Made by a program: the position numbers and the translations under genes | Notes under the pieces: model-generated | Database searches by the model: none | The model's input: the letters and a program-made list of their open reading frames with translations, nothing else | What the model was told of the DNA's origin: nothing | Assembly (NCBI GenBank): GCA_002499865.1 | Contig: DANL01000060.1 | Coordinates: 1 to 60,439 of the forward strand | DNA: 60,439 bases | Direction: 5' to 3' | DNA from: Euryarchaeota archaeon UBA121 | GTDB taxonomy: Archaea > Thermoplasmatota > Poseidoniia > Poseidoniales > Thalassarchaeaceae | In this document: positions 45,455 through 55,100 of the stretch, in pieces | How positions within the stretch are numbered: the stretch's first letter is position 1 | How the letters are laid out: every line of letters begins with the position of its first letter

Positions 45455-47541
45455 ATCTCCAAGTCAAAGTCAGAAGGGACTTGATTATCACTGACATTTT
45501 CTTCAGAAAAAGAGTCCTTTTCATCAATATCTAAGATTATATTGTCAGGATGAAGAATGTCCTGTTCCTCGAGTATGCCTGCTATTCTTAGTGCCTCTTC
45601 CATGTCGGAGTCCTCCTTGGAACGATCTAATAACTCACTAGCTTCGTTAACTATGTTCTTATCAACCGAATTAAAACCCTCACTCTGTGGCCTACCTTCT
45701 TTACCAAAGAAATCTTTCTCAAATTTCCCAATATCGATTTTAGGACTTTCAATAGTCTCTGTAACCGGGCTTCTCTTCCTTACAAATTTTTCAATCCAAT
45801 CATCGCCTTCCGAAATAATATGTTCTTTCTCACGGGGATTGCCTATTTTCAAAGCCCATACAACTCCAAACATCCCCGTGATTACTACAATCATTATCAT
45901 AACAGGCTCTAACCAAGTGTTTAGAAGAGGAATAATCCAATCTTCCTCAAGAGGCAATTCTTCATCCCCCGGCAGGACCTCTCCCTGGATTATTACTGGA
46001 ATGGAATCAATAAAAAATATACTAGGCTCTAAGAAAGACCTCATTTCTAAAGTAAGGTTTGCCATAGTTTCAGTCGGAGCCGATTCAGGGACTTTCATCC
46101 ATCCAATAACGTCAACGGAATCATTCACATTTACGGGATATATCTCCAAATATCTAGTTGATTCCGAGACGATTATAGTGGAAAGAGAATCTGAAATTGT
46201 AATTCCAAAATCAGTCAAAACACTTGAATCAATAGATGCAGTAAAGCCATCAACTCCATTACCGAGGTTAGTCATTGTCCATATGGCCGTCAAGTTATTA
46301 TCCTCATTTATTTGATATGACATTTCCATTTCCCATGAGTATATGGTTCCAGAATTGAGATTGAAAATGACATTACCGGGAGACCATTCACCAATCTTTA
46401 GATTGATAGTAACTTCAGCAAATAAATCGGAGGAAGAACCCTCAATAATATTACATGAAATGGTCATAGTTTCTGACGAAGAGCCTGGCTGAAGAGAAAA
46501 TACATCATTTCGATAATCAATAGTTGCCCATTCTGGAATATCGATAACATCCAAGCTAAACTGCGAATCACTATCTCCAGTGTTCGTAACAACAACCTCA
46601 ATTTCACAATAATCTCCAGGAATTACCTCTGCCATAGTACAACCATCCTGTGTTATGGATATTGTACCGCCAATTCTAGGTACTATGTTTACGATATGGG
46701 ATACGGAGGAGATAGTCTCTGGTGATGCAGGACTAGAAACCCGTATTTCAAAATCTAAAGCGCCTTCAACATCTCCCGGAGAGAATATCTGGACCATGAT
46801 AACTCCTGTTGAGTTAGGGTAGAGGTCTGAAACCCTCCAGCTCTCGATTATCGAAGCACTCCAGTTATCTATCTCGAAGTAGTCTCCAGGATCTGTAATC
46901 GCACTCCCATTCTCATCCAAGGCTACAATTTCAACATCAAGACTCCTAATGCTATTTCCAGTATTTCTGACCATCGTTTCTAGAGTTAGGACTCCTCCGG
47001 GTACTATCGAAGATACCCCTCCTCCCTGAACGATCTCAACACCCTCGGAATAGCCATACCTCATCGAGAAGTTATACCAGTCAAGTATTTCTCCGTGGTC
47101 TGATTCTATCGACATGCTCACTCCATGTAGGGAATTAGATAGCGGAAAACCTCCAACAACCGATGGAGAAGTAATTGAGAACTGGATCCAATAAATCTGT
47201 TCGGGTGATACGGTATATTCTCGACCAGCTTCGGGAGAGTCCTGCGAATCCCAAGATATATTCCATCCAGAAGGTCCGTTAATCGAAATAATGACGTCCG
47301 AATCTATTTCCAAATTACTACTAAAATTAACATTTATGCCGATACTTGAATCGGGATCGATTCCAAAAATTGAACCCGAGGCAGATCCAAAGGAAACCCC
47401 TTCATTAATTTCAGAAGAAGATATTTTTTTATTATCTAGTTGAATATTATCTTGCGGTGCCGATGAGCAGGCTATGAGTAAAATTAGAACCAGGGATACT
47501 CCCAATCGTATATTCACAAGCTTGCTAGTGAGGGGACCCAT
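45451..47541 (-). CDS. surface lipoprotein-like protein with CARDB-like beta-sandwich repeats, a C-proximal TM and an acidic cytoplasmic tail
   Basis: ATG at 47541 gives MGPLTSKLVNIRLGVSLVLILLIACSS (lipobox-like). Repeats carry the NxGN signature (VRNTGNS, VTNTGDS, MTNLGNG). TM VMIMIVVITGMFGVVWAL. Confidence 0.7.
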   Translation of the reverse strand: MGPLTSKLVNIRLGVSLVLILLIACSSAPQDNIQLDNKKISSSEINEGVSFGSASGSIFGIDPDSSIGINVNFSSNLEIDSDVIISINGPSGWNISWDSQDSPEAGREYTVSPEQIYWIQFSITSPSVVGGFPLSNSLHGVSMSIESDHGEILDWYNFSMRYGYSEGVEIVQGGGVSSIVPGGVLTLETMVRNTGNSIRSLDVEIVALDENGSAITDPGDYFEIDNWSASIIESWRVSDLYPNSTGVIMVQIFSPGDVEGALDFEIRVSSPASPETISSVSHIVNIVPRIGGTISITQDGCTMAEVIPGDYCEIEVVVTNTGDSDSQFSLDVIDIPEWATIDYRNDVFSLQPGSSSETMTISCNIIEGSSSDLFAEVTINLKIGEWSPGNVIFNLNSGTIYSWEMEMSYQINEDNNLTAIWTMTNLGNGVDGFTASIDSSVLTDFGITISDSLSTIIVSESTRYLEIYPVNVNDSVDVIGWMKVPESAPTETMANLTLEMRSFLEPSIFFIDSIPVIIQGEVLPGDEELPLEEDWIIPLLNTWLEPVMIMIVVITGMFGVVWALKIGNPREKEHIISEGDDWIEKFVRKRSPVTETIESPKIDIGKFEKDFFGKEGRPQSEGFNSVDKNIVNEASELLDRSKEDSDMEEALRIAGILEEQDILHPDNIILDIDEKDSFSEENVSDNQVPSDFDLEI

Positions 47542-47589
47542 ATTACTTGTGCCCGAATAATTCACAGTATAATGAGCTATCTCTATGGG

Positions 47590-49344
47590 CTAGTGAACAG
47601 GGTCCTTTATCATCTTCGAAATTACATCAATATCAAACTCGCCAGCATGGATGGGTGTTCTCAAGCCGAATAAACTCATTACATCCGGCGAAACCTCTCC
47701 GAACTCTCCAATTTCATGGCCTTCAATAAGTACCATCGCCCCTCTGCCATAGATCCAGGGGCCCCTACCTTCTACTACAGGCTCAAAGGAAACCGATGAG
47801 GACGGGGCGCCTAGGTCTCTCAAAAGTGATTGAACGACTCCTTTGGCTTTTGAGAATCCAGCACCTGACTCGGCGCAAGCCCAAGAAACCCTAGTTTTGT
47901 TATCACCTCCATGAACGACCTCCCCAAGTTCGTAAACCCTCTGGGGCAACTCATGATGTCTATTTGATGCTAGCAGATTCATCAATGATGGAAATATATA
48001 CTGTCTGAGTAGTGTATGGTCAACTGTAATTGGATTAGAAATCACTGTGGCTTCGGATATAATCGGCCACCTAGTCTTCTCGAATTGATCTCTCTCATTA
48101 GAAAGAGTCAGACTCTGAATCTCTTGAAGTCCGACCGACCTCATACTCATCCTTATCCTTCTGTGCAGATTAGATGATTTTAGTGGCGAAGCATCGATAT
48201 GGACTGAAGATAAAATATCTGGCAGATTTTCATATCCAAATCCTATTGCAATATCTTCTACAATATCAACAGGATGCATGATGTCACTGCGCCATCTGGG
48301 CATGGAGAAAACATGCTCTCTTTCTCCCACCACACAGTCGGACCATCTTTCGGCCCTATCTGATCCATGAGTAATAGTCCTAGATTCCAGTAATATCCCT
48401 CCCATTCTTCGAATCGCTTCGCCAATTTCGGAATCACTGAGCTCCATACCCAGGATTTTCTCAATCAGTCTGTTTGGGACTCTGTAAGTTTTAGCCCCAA
48501 AGTTAGGAGTCACCTTTACGGAACCATCTTTATCGAATACCTCTACACTTTCGACTACACCTCCCAATTCTGATAATGATAATGAAACTAATAGGAGGCA
48601 AGTTTCACACGCTATTTCATCAAAACCCGTTACATCAATGAAGAAATCATTAGTTTCTTCACTAACCGTCGTATGATTCCCATTAATGATAGGGGGGAAC
48701 GAAATGACCTCATTATTGGAATCGAGGATAATAGGATATTTATCCAAGCCGTCCATAAGTTTCGAATACTCAATTCCTTTTGGGTGGCTATTCAGAATTT
48801 CAGAAATGCTCATTTCATTATCGGAGGCTAGTGGCTCGAAAGAAAAATCACTTGAAACGGACTCATATCTGAATGGGTGCCTTAGCTTGGATAGATCATG
48901 AACTCCGATGGATGCAAGGGACCTCTTCCTCCCAAGGGTCATGTGTAGCTTCTCTTGGTGATCCATAAGGGACTGGATGAAAGAGTCCCTCTCAGAAGCA
49001 CTGTTGCCAGTATTTACCCCCCTGACCACAGCTCCCATTATTATTGGCCTTACTCCCTCTAAATCTCCATCTACAGTTATTCTGATTCCACTGCCAGAAA
49101 CCTCTATCGAGGACTCCTCTGAATCGCCTCCCTGGAATGATCTAACTGCTTTGGCCATAGTCTCATGACTGAGAAGATCCGGGCGATCCGGAAACACCTC
49201 GATTTCAATATCATCATCATCATTTAATTCGACGGGGCAACCCATCTTAGGCAATAAATCAGACAATTCATTTTTATTATGAATCGATCCGTTGATTTCT
49301 TGAATCCTACTCATCATTGAATGACTCAAAGTAATTGTCGGCAT
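47590..49344 (-). CDS. pheT: phenylalanyl-tRNA synthetase beta subunit (archaeal type)
   Basis: MPTITLSH N-terminus, EIEVFPDRPDLLSHETMAKAVRSF (B3/4-like). 584 aa is typical of archaeal PheT. Confidence 0.9.
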   Translation of the reverse strand: MPTITLSHSMMSRIQEINGSIHNKNELSDLLPKMGCPVELNDDDDIEIEVFPDRPDLLSHETMAKAVRSFQGGDSEESSIEVSGSGIRITVDGDLEGVRPIIMGAVVRGVNTGNSASERDSFIQSLMDHQEKLHMTLGRKRSLASIGVHDLSKLRHPFRYESVSSDFSFEPLASDNEMSISEILNSHPKGIEYSKLMDGLDKYPIILDSNNEVISFPPIINGNHTTVSEETNDFFIDVTGFDEIACETCLLLVSLSLSELGGVVESVEVFDKDGSVKVTPNFGAKTYRVPNRLIEKILGMELSDSEIGEAIRRMGGILLESRTITHGSDRAERWSDCVVGEREHVFSMPRWRSDIMHPVDIVEDIAIGFGYENLPDILSSVHIDASPLKSSNLHRRIRMSMRSVGLQEIQSLTLSNERDQFEKTRWPIISEATVISNPITVDHTLLRQYIFPSLMNLLASNRHHELPQRVYELGEVVHGGDNKTRVSWACAESGAGFSKAKGVVQSLLRDLGAPSSSVSFEPVVEGRGPWIYGRGAMVLIEGHEIGEFGEVSPDVMSLFGLRTPIHAGEFDIDVISKMIKDPVH

Positions 49345-49353
49345 TATAGAACC

Positions 49354-50901
49354 TCAGTTTCCTAGCCACATCGGAAGGGGCCTTTCAAAACCAATTAGCC
49401 TGAGCCCACTGATTGCTGCAGTATCCATATCCTTGGCTCTCAAAATTCTCCTACCAACATTATGAAAATTTGATAATCCTGCCTCTTTCATTATTCCTAT
49501 AATCTCAGGAATAATAGTTTCTATAACTTCTGAAATTTCGTTCTCTTCATCGATCGGACCAACGACGAATGAACATCCAGAAGCCCTGACGATGATCAAA
49601 TCTTCTGCAGAGGGTTGCTTCTCAAGTTCTATCCCTATGATTCTTCCCTGGGCGTCCAATCCCATCGCTCTCGAGGCCAATCCAATCCTTGGTAATGCCG
49701 CGGCTGCTCTTCCTCCTCCGGGAGTTGCTACAGAGACTATGGCACCATCTAAATCGAGATCAACCACCAACCTGAAAAGCCCCTCTATCCTATCAGCTCC
49801 ATCTCTCAGGAGGATTAGTGAAGAGCTACTCAGATGACTCGATAAAGAGACCAAAATAGCCTCTATCTCAGCATCATTCATCGGCGGTAAACTCTGCAAA
49901 TCTAGTACAATTCCAGAAATATCTCGGGCATTGTCTGGAAATTCTGCAAGCTCCTCCTCGCCCACTATCAATAGATCACCCTCGTTCGGCTCCGTATCAA
50001 CAATACTAGGAATCCTAGTCTTCCCGTCCGGATAAGTTAAGCCACGGGAGGTCCTAATAATCCAAGGGACTGGTAATTCCATGCCCTCCTCGTCAGATCC
50101 CACTGGAATTATGCCGATGGAGGTATCAACTATTGAGTACTCAGGAATTCTATCTGAACTTGAAGGACTAATCGCTATTCCTTCGAAGCCCTCGGATACC
50201 CATCTCTTGGGCTTTATGCTGGCCATCGAAGACTCCTTATCAGGTACCAAAACTAATGCGTCCTCTTCAAGAGAAAGGCCCAGAGGCTCTAGGAACTCCT
50301 CCAGCTCAATGACTTCTTTATCTGTAATTGATCTCATGGTTGAACCCTTCCCAGGAGGCGGACAACTACCTGCAATAATCACCCTGCCTCCCTTCATCCC
50401 TAAGCCGGGATTGGGGCCGACAGAGCCCATGACAACCAAAGTTCCTCCTGACATTCCTGAACCAGCACCAGACGAGGCTTGTCCTCTGACGACTACTATT
50501 CCATCATTCATGCCAGCACACGCATCCTTGCCAGCCGAGCCCATAACTGTCACACTTCCCCCATTCATATTCATTGCCAGTCTGTCTCCAACATCCCTCT
50601 CCACTACAACTCTACCATCAGATTGAAAGGCAGCCAGCATCGACTCGCAACTTCCCTCAATATTCAGGGTCCCCCCTCTATTCATCGCTCCAACGCACTC
50701 TCCTAAATTGCCAAGGAGAAGTACTCGAGAACCCATGGGAAGATGGGTAAGGACCCCGAAGTCACCATCTCTGGGCTTAGTGTCCCCGCCGGACCCATAG
50801 CCGATTTTTACCAAGCGATCTTTGTCCATCGCCTCAGGCAACATTCTAGCGATTTCTCTATTGAGTTTGACGCTCCTTGCGGTCTCTTCCCTCATCGCCA
50901 T
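49354..50901 (-). CDS. GXGXG-motif protein (glutamate synthase domain-3 / FwdC-like beta-helix) fused to a C-terminal domain of uncertain identity
   Basis: Repeated G-x-G turns: GNLGECVGAMNRGGTLNIEG, NMNGGSVTVMGSAG, GMNDGIVVVRG, GMSGGTLVVMG, GMKGGRVIIAG. The C-terminal about 300 aa only loosely resembles the glutamate synthase FMN barrel (ATPGGGRAAAA). Confidence 0.7.
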   Translation of the reverse strand: MAMREETARSVKLNREIARMLPEAMDKDRLVKIGYGSGGDTKPRDGDFGVLTHLPMGSRVLLLGNLGECVGAMNRGGTLNIEGSCESMLAAFQSDGRVVVERDVGDRLAMNMNGGSVTVMGSAGKDACAGMNDGIVVVRGQASSGAGSGMSGGTLVVMGSVGPNPGLGMKGGRVIIAGSCPPPGKGSTMRSITDKEVIELEEFLEPLGLSLEEDALVLVPDKESSMASIKPKRWVSEGFEGIAISPSSSDRIPEYSIVDTSIGIIPVGSDEEGMELPVPWIIRTSRGLTYPDGKTRIPSIVDTEPNEGDLLIVGEEELAEFPDNARDISGIVLDLQSLPPMNDAEIEAILVSLSSHLSSSSLILLRDGADRIEGLFRLVVDLDLDGAIVSVATPGGGRAAAALPRIGLASRAMGLDAQGRIIGIELEKQPSAEDLIIVRASGCSFVVGPIDEENEISEVIETIIPEIIGIMKEAGLSNFHNVGRRILRAKDMDTAAISGLRLIGFERPLPMWLGN

Positions 50902-51026
50902 AGTACTCCGAGTCTAGCCAATGGTCTTCATTGTGACGGATATTTTCCATATGATGATTAACAATAGCTTCATTGAGTTATCTTGATAGAGCATCGACCA
51001 GAGGATATATTGTTCAGAGGGTTAGT

Positions 51027-52067
51027 ATGGCACGAGTGAAAGTAGCTATTAATGGGTATGGGACAATTGGAAAGAGAGTTGCGGATGCAATAGACGCACA
51101 GAATGACATGGAGATCGTGGGTGTTACCAAGACAGGTCCAAGCTTCGGTTGTGAGATGGCAGCTAAGAAGGGATTTGACCTCTATTGCACATCTGATGAC
51201 AAAGATATGATTTCTAGCTTTGAGGACTCTCGTTTTGTTTGCAAAGGGGGGCTCAAAGACTTGCTTTCCAAATCCGACGTAGTCATTGATTGCTCTCCTG
51301 GAAAAATGGGTGCCACCAATCTCAAGAAATACCAAGAGGCTGGAGTTAAGAGTATATTTCAAGGGGGCGAGAAACACTCACTAACCGGACTTTCTTATAC
51401 ATCGTGTGCAAACCACTTGGAAAATTTTGGGGCAGAAACAACCAGAGTTGTTTCTTGTAATACCACAGGCCTCTCTAGAACATTGGTGCCATTGTATGAC
51501 TTGTGCGGCTCTCTGAAGGTGGAATGTACAATGATTAGAAGAGCCGCAGATCCTGGTGACTCGAATAAAGGACCTATAAATGCCATAAAACCGGTTTTGA
51601 AGGTACCCAGCCATCACGGCCCAGACGTGATGACTGTAAAGCCAGAAATTGAGATCAACTCACTTGCAGTCGCGGTACCAACAACGATAATGCATGTCCA
51701 TGCAATCATTGCTGATCTTCCCGAGAATCACGGCCTCACCACTGAAAAAATTCTGGATATATGGAAGGGAACTCCGAGGGTTATCGTGATGAACGGTCAG
51801 GGCAATAGGATTACCACTACCGCCGAGGTAATGGAGATGGCCAGAGATATTGGGAGAAAATGGGGCGATCTGCATGAAATTTTTGTTTGGGAGGATGGAG
51901 TTAGACTAATCGGAAATAGACTATACTATTTCCAAGCAATCCACCAAGAGAGTGATGTGATTCCTGAGAATGTAGACTGTGTAAGGGCTCTAATGAAACT
52001 TGAGCAAAGCTGGACTGAAAGTGTCACGAAAACAGATCAAGCAATATCCCGTTATTACAATATTTGA
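51027..52067 (+). CDS. gap: glyceraldehyde-3-phosphate dehydrogenase, archaeal type II
   Basis: MARVKVAINGYGTIGKRVADA and active-site VSCNTTGL. ATG at 51027 preferred over the track's TTG at 50973. Confidence 0.9.
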   Translation: MARVKVAINGYGTIGKRVADAIDAQNDMEIVGVTKTGPSFGCEMAAKKGFDLYCTSDDKDMISSFEDSRFVCKGGLKDLLSKSDVVIDCSPGKMGATNLKKYQEAGVKSIFQGGEKHSLTGLSYTSCANHLENFGAETTRVVSCNTTGLSRTLVPLYDLCGSLKVECTMIRRAADPGDSNKGPINAIKPVLKVPSHHGPDVMTVKPEIEINSLAVAVPTTIMHVHAIIADLPENHGLTTEKILDIWKGTPRVIVMNGQGNRITTTAEVMEMARDIGRKWGDLHEIFVWEDGVRLIGNRLYYFQAIHQESDVIPENVDCVRALMKLEQSWTESVTKTDQAISRYYNI

Positions 52068-52087
52068 GCTTTTTCACGGCTTTTTTG
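52068..52087 (+). terminator. oligo-T tracts (cTTTTTcacggcTTTTTTg) after the gap stop codon
   Basis: T5 at 52071-52075 and T6 at 52082-52087. Archaeal terminators are oligo-T. Confidence 0.35.
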
Positions 52088-52103
52088 TCGTAATTGGTTG
52101 TGA

Positions 52104-52117
52104 TTATTGTATAATCA
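52104..52117 (+). promoter_or_regulatory. TATA-like element (ATTATTGTATAATC) upstream of the giant S8 protease gene
   Basis: The A/T-rich box lies 45-58 nt upstream of the ATG at 52162 and implies a short leader. Not verified. Confidence 0.25.
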
Positions 52118-52161
52118 GCTTAGGTTAACTATCAAAAGGCCGATTAGGTTCCGAAGGAACC

Positions 52162-55100
52162 ATGTATGCAAGGAAATCAACTTTCTTTGTCCTTACTGTT
52201 TTGTTATTTTCTTCATGGTCGGGAATGGTGTCCGCCTCTCCCCAAGGTACAGATTTCATACATTCTTCGGACTCTGATGATTATCATTTTGAGAAATGGT
52301 CGTCTCTGGAGTATGCCTTAGAGCACGCACACCAAATAAGACAAACTTCCGGACTAATTCATTCGCCATATGGGTCATTTGACCCTCTGGTGGACCAATA
52401 CCCGATCTTTGGAGAATTGAATACTGGCGATTATAGTTACTCCGATAGGCCAGTCTATGTGATCCAATCCGATAGCTCTGACTTATCGGGAATATCATCA
52501 TCAGTGGAAGAGGTAGGGGGCGTAATACTGGACTATATGCCCGATAGTGCGCTTCTGGTGAGGTTCCCCATGTATGTCAATGCCGATAATTTCTTAGATT
52601 CTCTAGCCAATGTAAGGTGGTCGGGGCAAATGCCCGATATCTGGAGGTTATCTCCTGAGATACTAGGTAACACATATTCCCCTTCATCACAATTCGATTT
52701 GCAGATTTTGCCAGCTAACGACTTAACAATTCAAGAGCTGAATTCCTTAGAGAGGGACCTATCCTTGATTTCCAATTATGATCAATCAACTAATTGCGAC
52801 TCCTGGCTATGTACGATAGACAGTGTTGACTCAATGTGGCTTCCTCTCTTATCCAAAGACTGGAGAATTCTGCATATCCAAACCACAAGCACAGCATCGG
52901 TATACAATAGTGCCGCTAGGGATATATCCGGCGTACAAGGGGCATATGAGCAATCATCAATATCTCTGGATGGAACAGGAGAGGTCATCGCTATTTCAGA
53001 CACTGGTCTGGATGAGGATCATGGAGATTTCGACGGAAGAATAAGATCCGTATACAGTCAATTTGGACCAGATAATGATAACTCGGACCTACTTAGTGGA
53101 CACGGGACTCACGTAGCCGCAACGCTCCTGGGAGACGGCTCGGGACAATCATCCGCACTTGGCATGGCCCCTGGAGCAACATTTCACATGTACACTCACG
53201 AGTCACAAAGTGGCTTTTTTGGTATTTATGGATCATTATATGGGCTATTTACACACTCATGGAATCAAAATGCTAGGATACATACCAATAGCTGGGGCAC
53301 ATCAAACTTAGGCAATTACAGTCAGACATCATCTAATGTAGATGATTTCGTAAGCGATTATCCGGGCTATATGGTCCTATTTTCTGCCGGTGATATCGGA
53401 GGCACTAATGATTCGGGAATCACCCCTCCAGGTACCTCTAAGAATGCTCTAACAGTGGGTGCTTCAACAACTGGGTCATATGGTTCAGAACCTTCAGGAA
53501 GTGTAGTTTCTTTCTCATCACAAGGATTGACCAATGATGGCAGAATCAAGCCAGAAATTGTCGCACCCGGAGTCCTCATATGCTCAGCAAGAGCGCAGGA
53601 AGCAACTCTGGTCGATGGACAATCCTGCTCCGAATTAACACATGATGACGGTACTACGCCACTTTATGCCGCAATGAATGGGACCTCAATGGCAACCCCA
53701 GTCGTTGCGGGTGCTTCCGCGCTCGTCCGACAGTTCCTTAGATCTGAAGGAATCAGTGAGCCCAGATCTGATCTGATTAGGGCAATTCTAATCAATGGGG
53801 CTGTAGATATCGGAGACAGTAATGTGCCTAATCCCTCCGAGGGATGGGGACAACTATCACTTGACAATAGCCTATTCCCAGTGTCAGAAAATGGAGTGGA
53901 AATGAACGTTATGTATGATTATTCAAGAGAGCTTTTTCCAGGTCATGGATTCACCTACACATTCGATGTAAGTCCCGGTGCAGGACTGGATGCTACTCTG
54001 GCTTGGAACGATCTAAAAGGGTCATCAGTCGCAAATCAATCAGCTTCTCGTTTAGTTAACGATCTTGATCTTTCTGTTACCGCCCCCGATGGGACAATTT
54101 ATCTTGGTAACGAATTCATATCTGGATTCAGTGTATCTGGTAACTCCGTAGACTCTCTGAATAATCTTGAAAGAGTAAAAATTCAAGATGCCTTGCCCGG
54201 TACTTGGACTGTTAGAGTAGGAAATTCAGGAGGGGATACTCAAGGCTACTCTCTGGTTTTCTCTGCAATAGCGAGTGAGATTAGTGAGGCTGATCTAACC
54301 GTTTTCGAAGGATCTCTATCTACTTCAGTGGAGAATCCTTTGCAAGGCGACACTATTCTAATTGAGGCTGCTTGGGGCAATCAAGCCACCGCTACGGCTT
54401 CACAATATAATGTGGAAATCCACGACGTGACCACTGGAAACTTATTGCACACCTCAAGACGCTCATCAATAGCAGGAGGTGGACTTGATTCACTCTCATT
54501 CCCCTACTCATTCTCATCAACAGGTGAGCACATACTCAGACTCTCGCTCGACTCATCTTCCGAGGTATACGAGTTGAATGACGAGGCCAATGGTATCAAC
54601 AATAACATAGCCGAAATAGTTGTAGAAGTTTCTCAGATAGGAGTAAGGATTACTCCTCTTCTGGAAACTGGAAATCTACCGACTAATCCTTTGGAATTTG
54701 AAGATTCAAGAACTAGAGTTATGAATCCAAGGGAGACCAATTCTGTATACTTCCCCCTCGAACTTAGAAATGAAGGAACCTCAACTATATCCGTTCAACT
54801 AAGCGTTTCTCCTGTAAATGTTGTTTCAGAGAATGGGGTCCTGCAACCACCATCCGATGAATGGTGGAAAATCCTCAATCAAACAGGACCTTGGGAACTA
54901 GGGCCGATGGGAAGCGAGGGAGATAGTATAGTGATCGAGCTAAATCTAACCGCTCATCCTCAATCTACTTCTTCGTCCCTTCCAGGCGAAGTTTATGCTC
55001 TCCCAGGTACGTTTGTAACAGACCTTAATTTGTTCGATGTAAACGCTCCCACCGTGAATAACGTAATCAGACTGGAAGCGGAGGTAGAAAGAATCGAGGG

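Noticed and set aside
45557-46315. Long antisense ORFs inside the large genes: 252 aa here, and also 26813-27412, 27872-28357, 41525-42004, 50081-50626 and 56280-56942
   Set aside because: All lie fully inside much longer, motif-supported ORFs on the opposite strand. Their translations are Ser/Pro/Ile-rich and featureless, as expected for mirror frames of acidic, Asp/Glu/Gly-rich genes.
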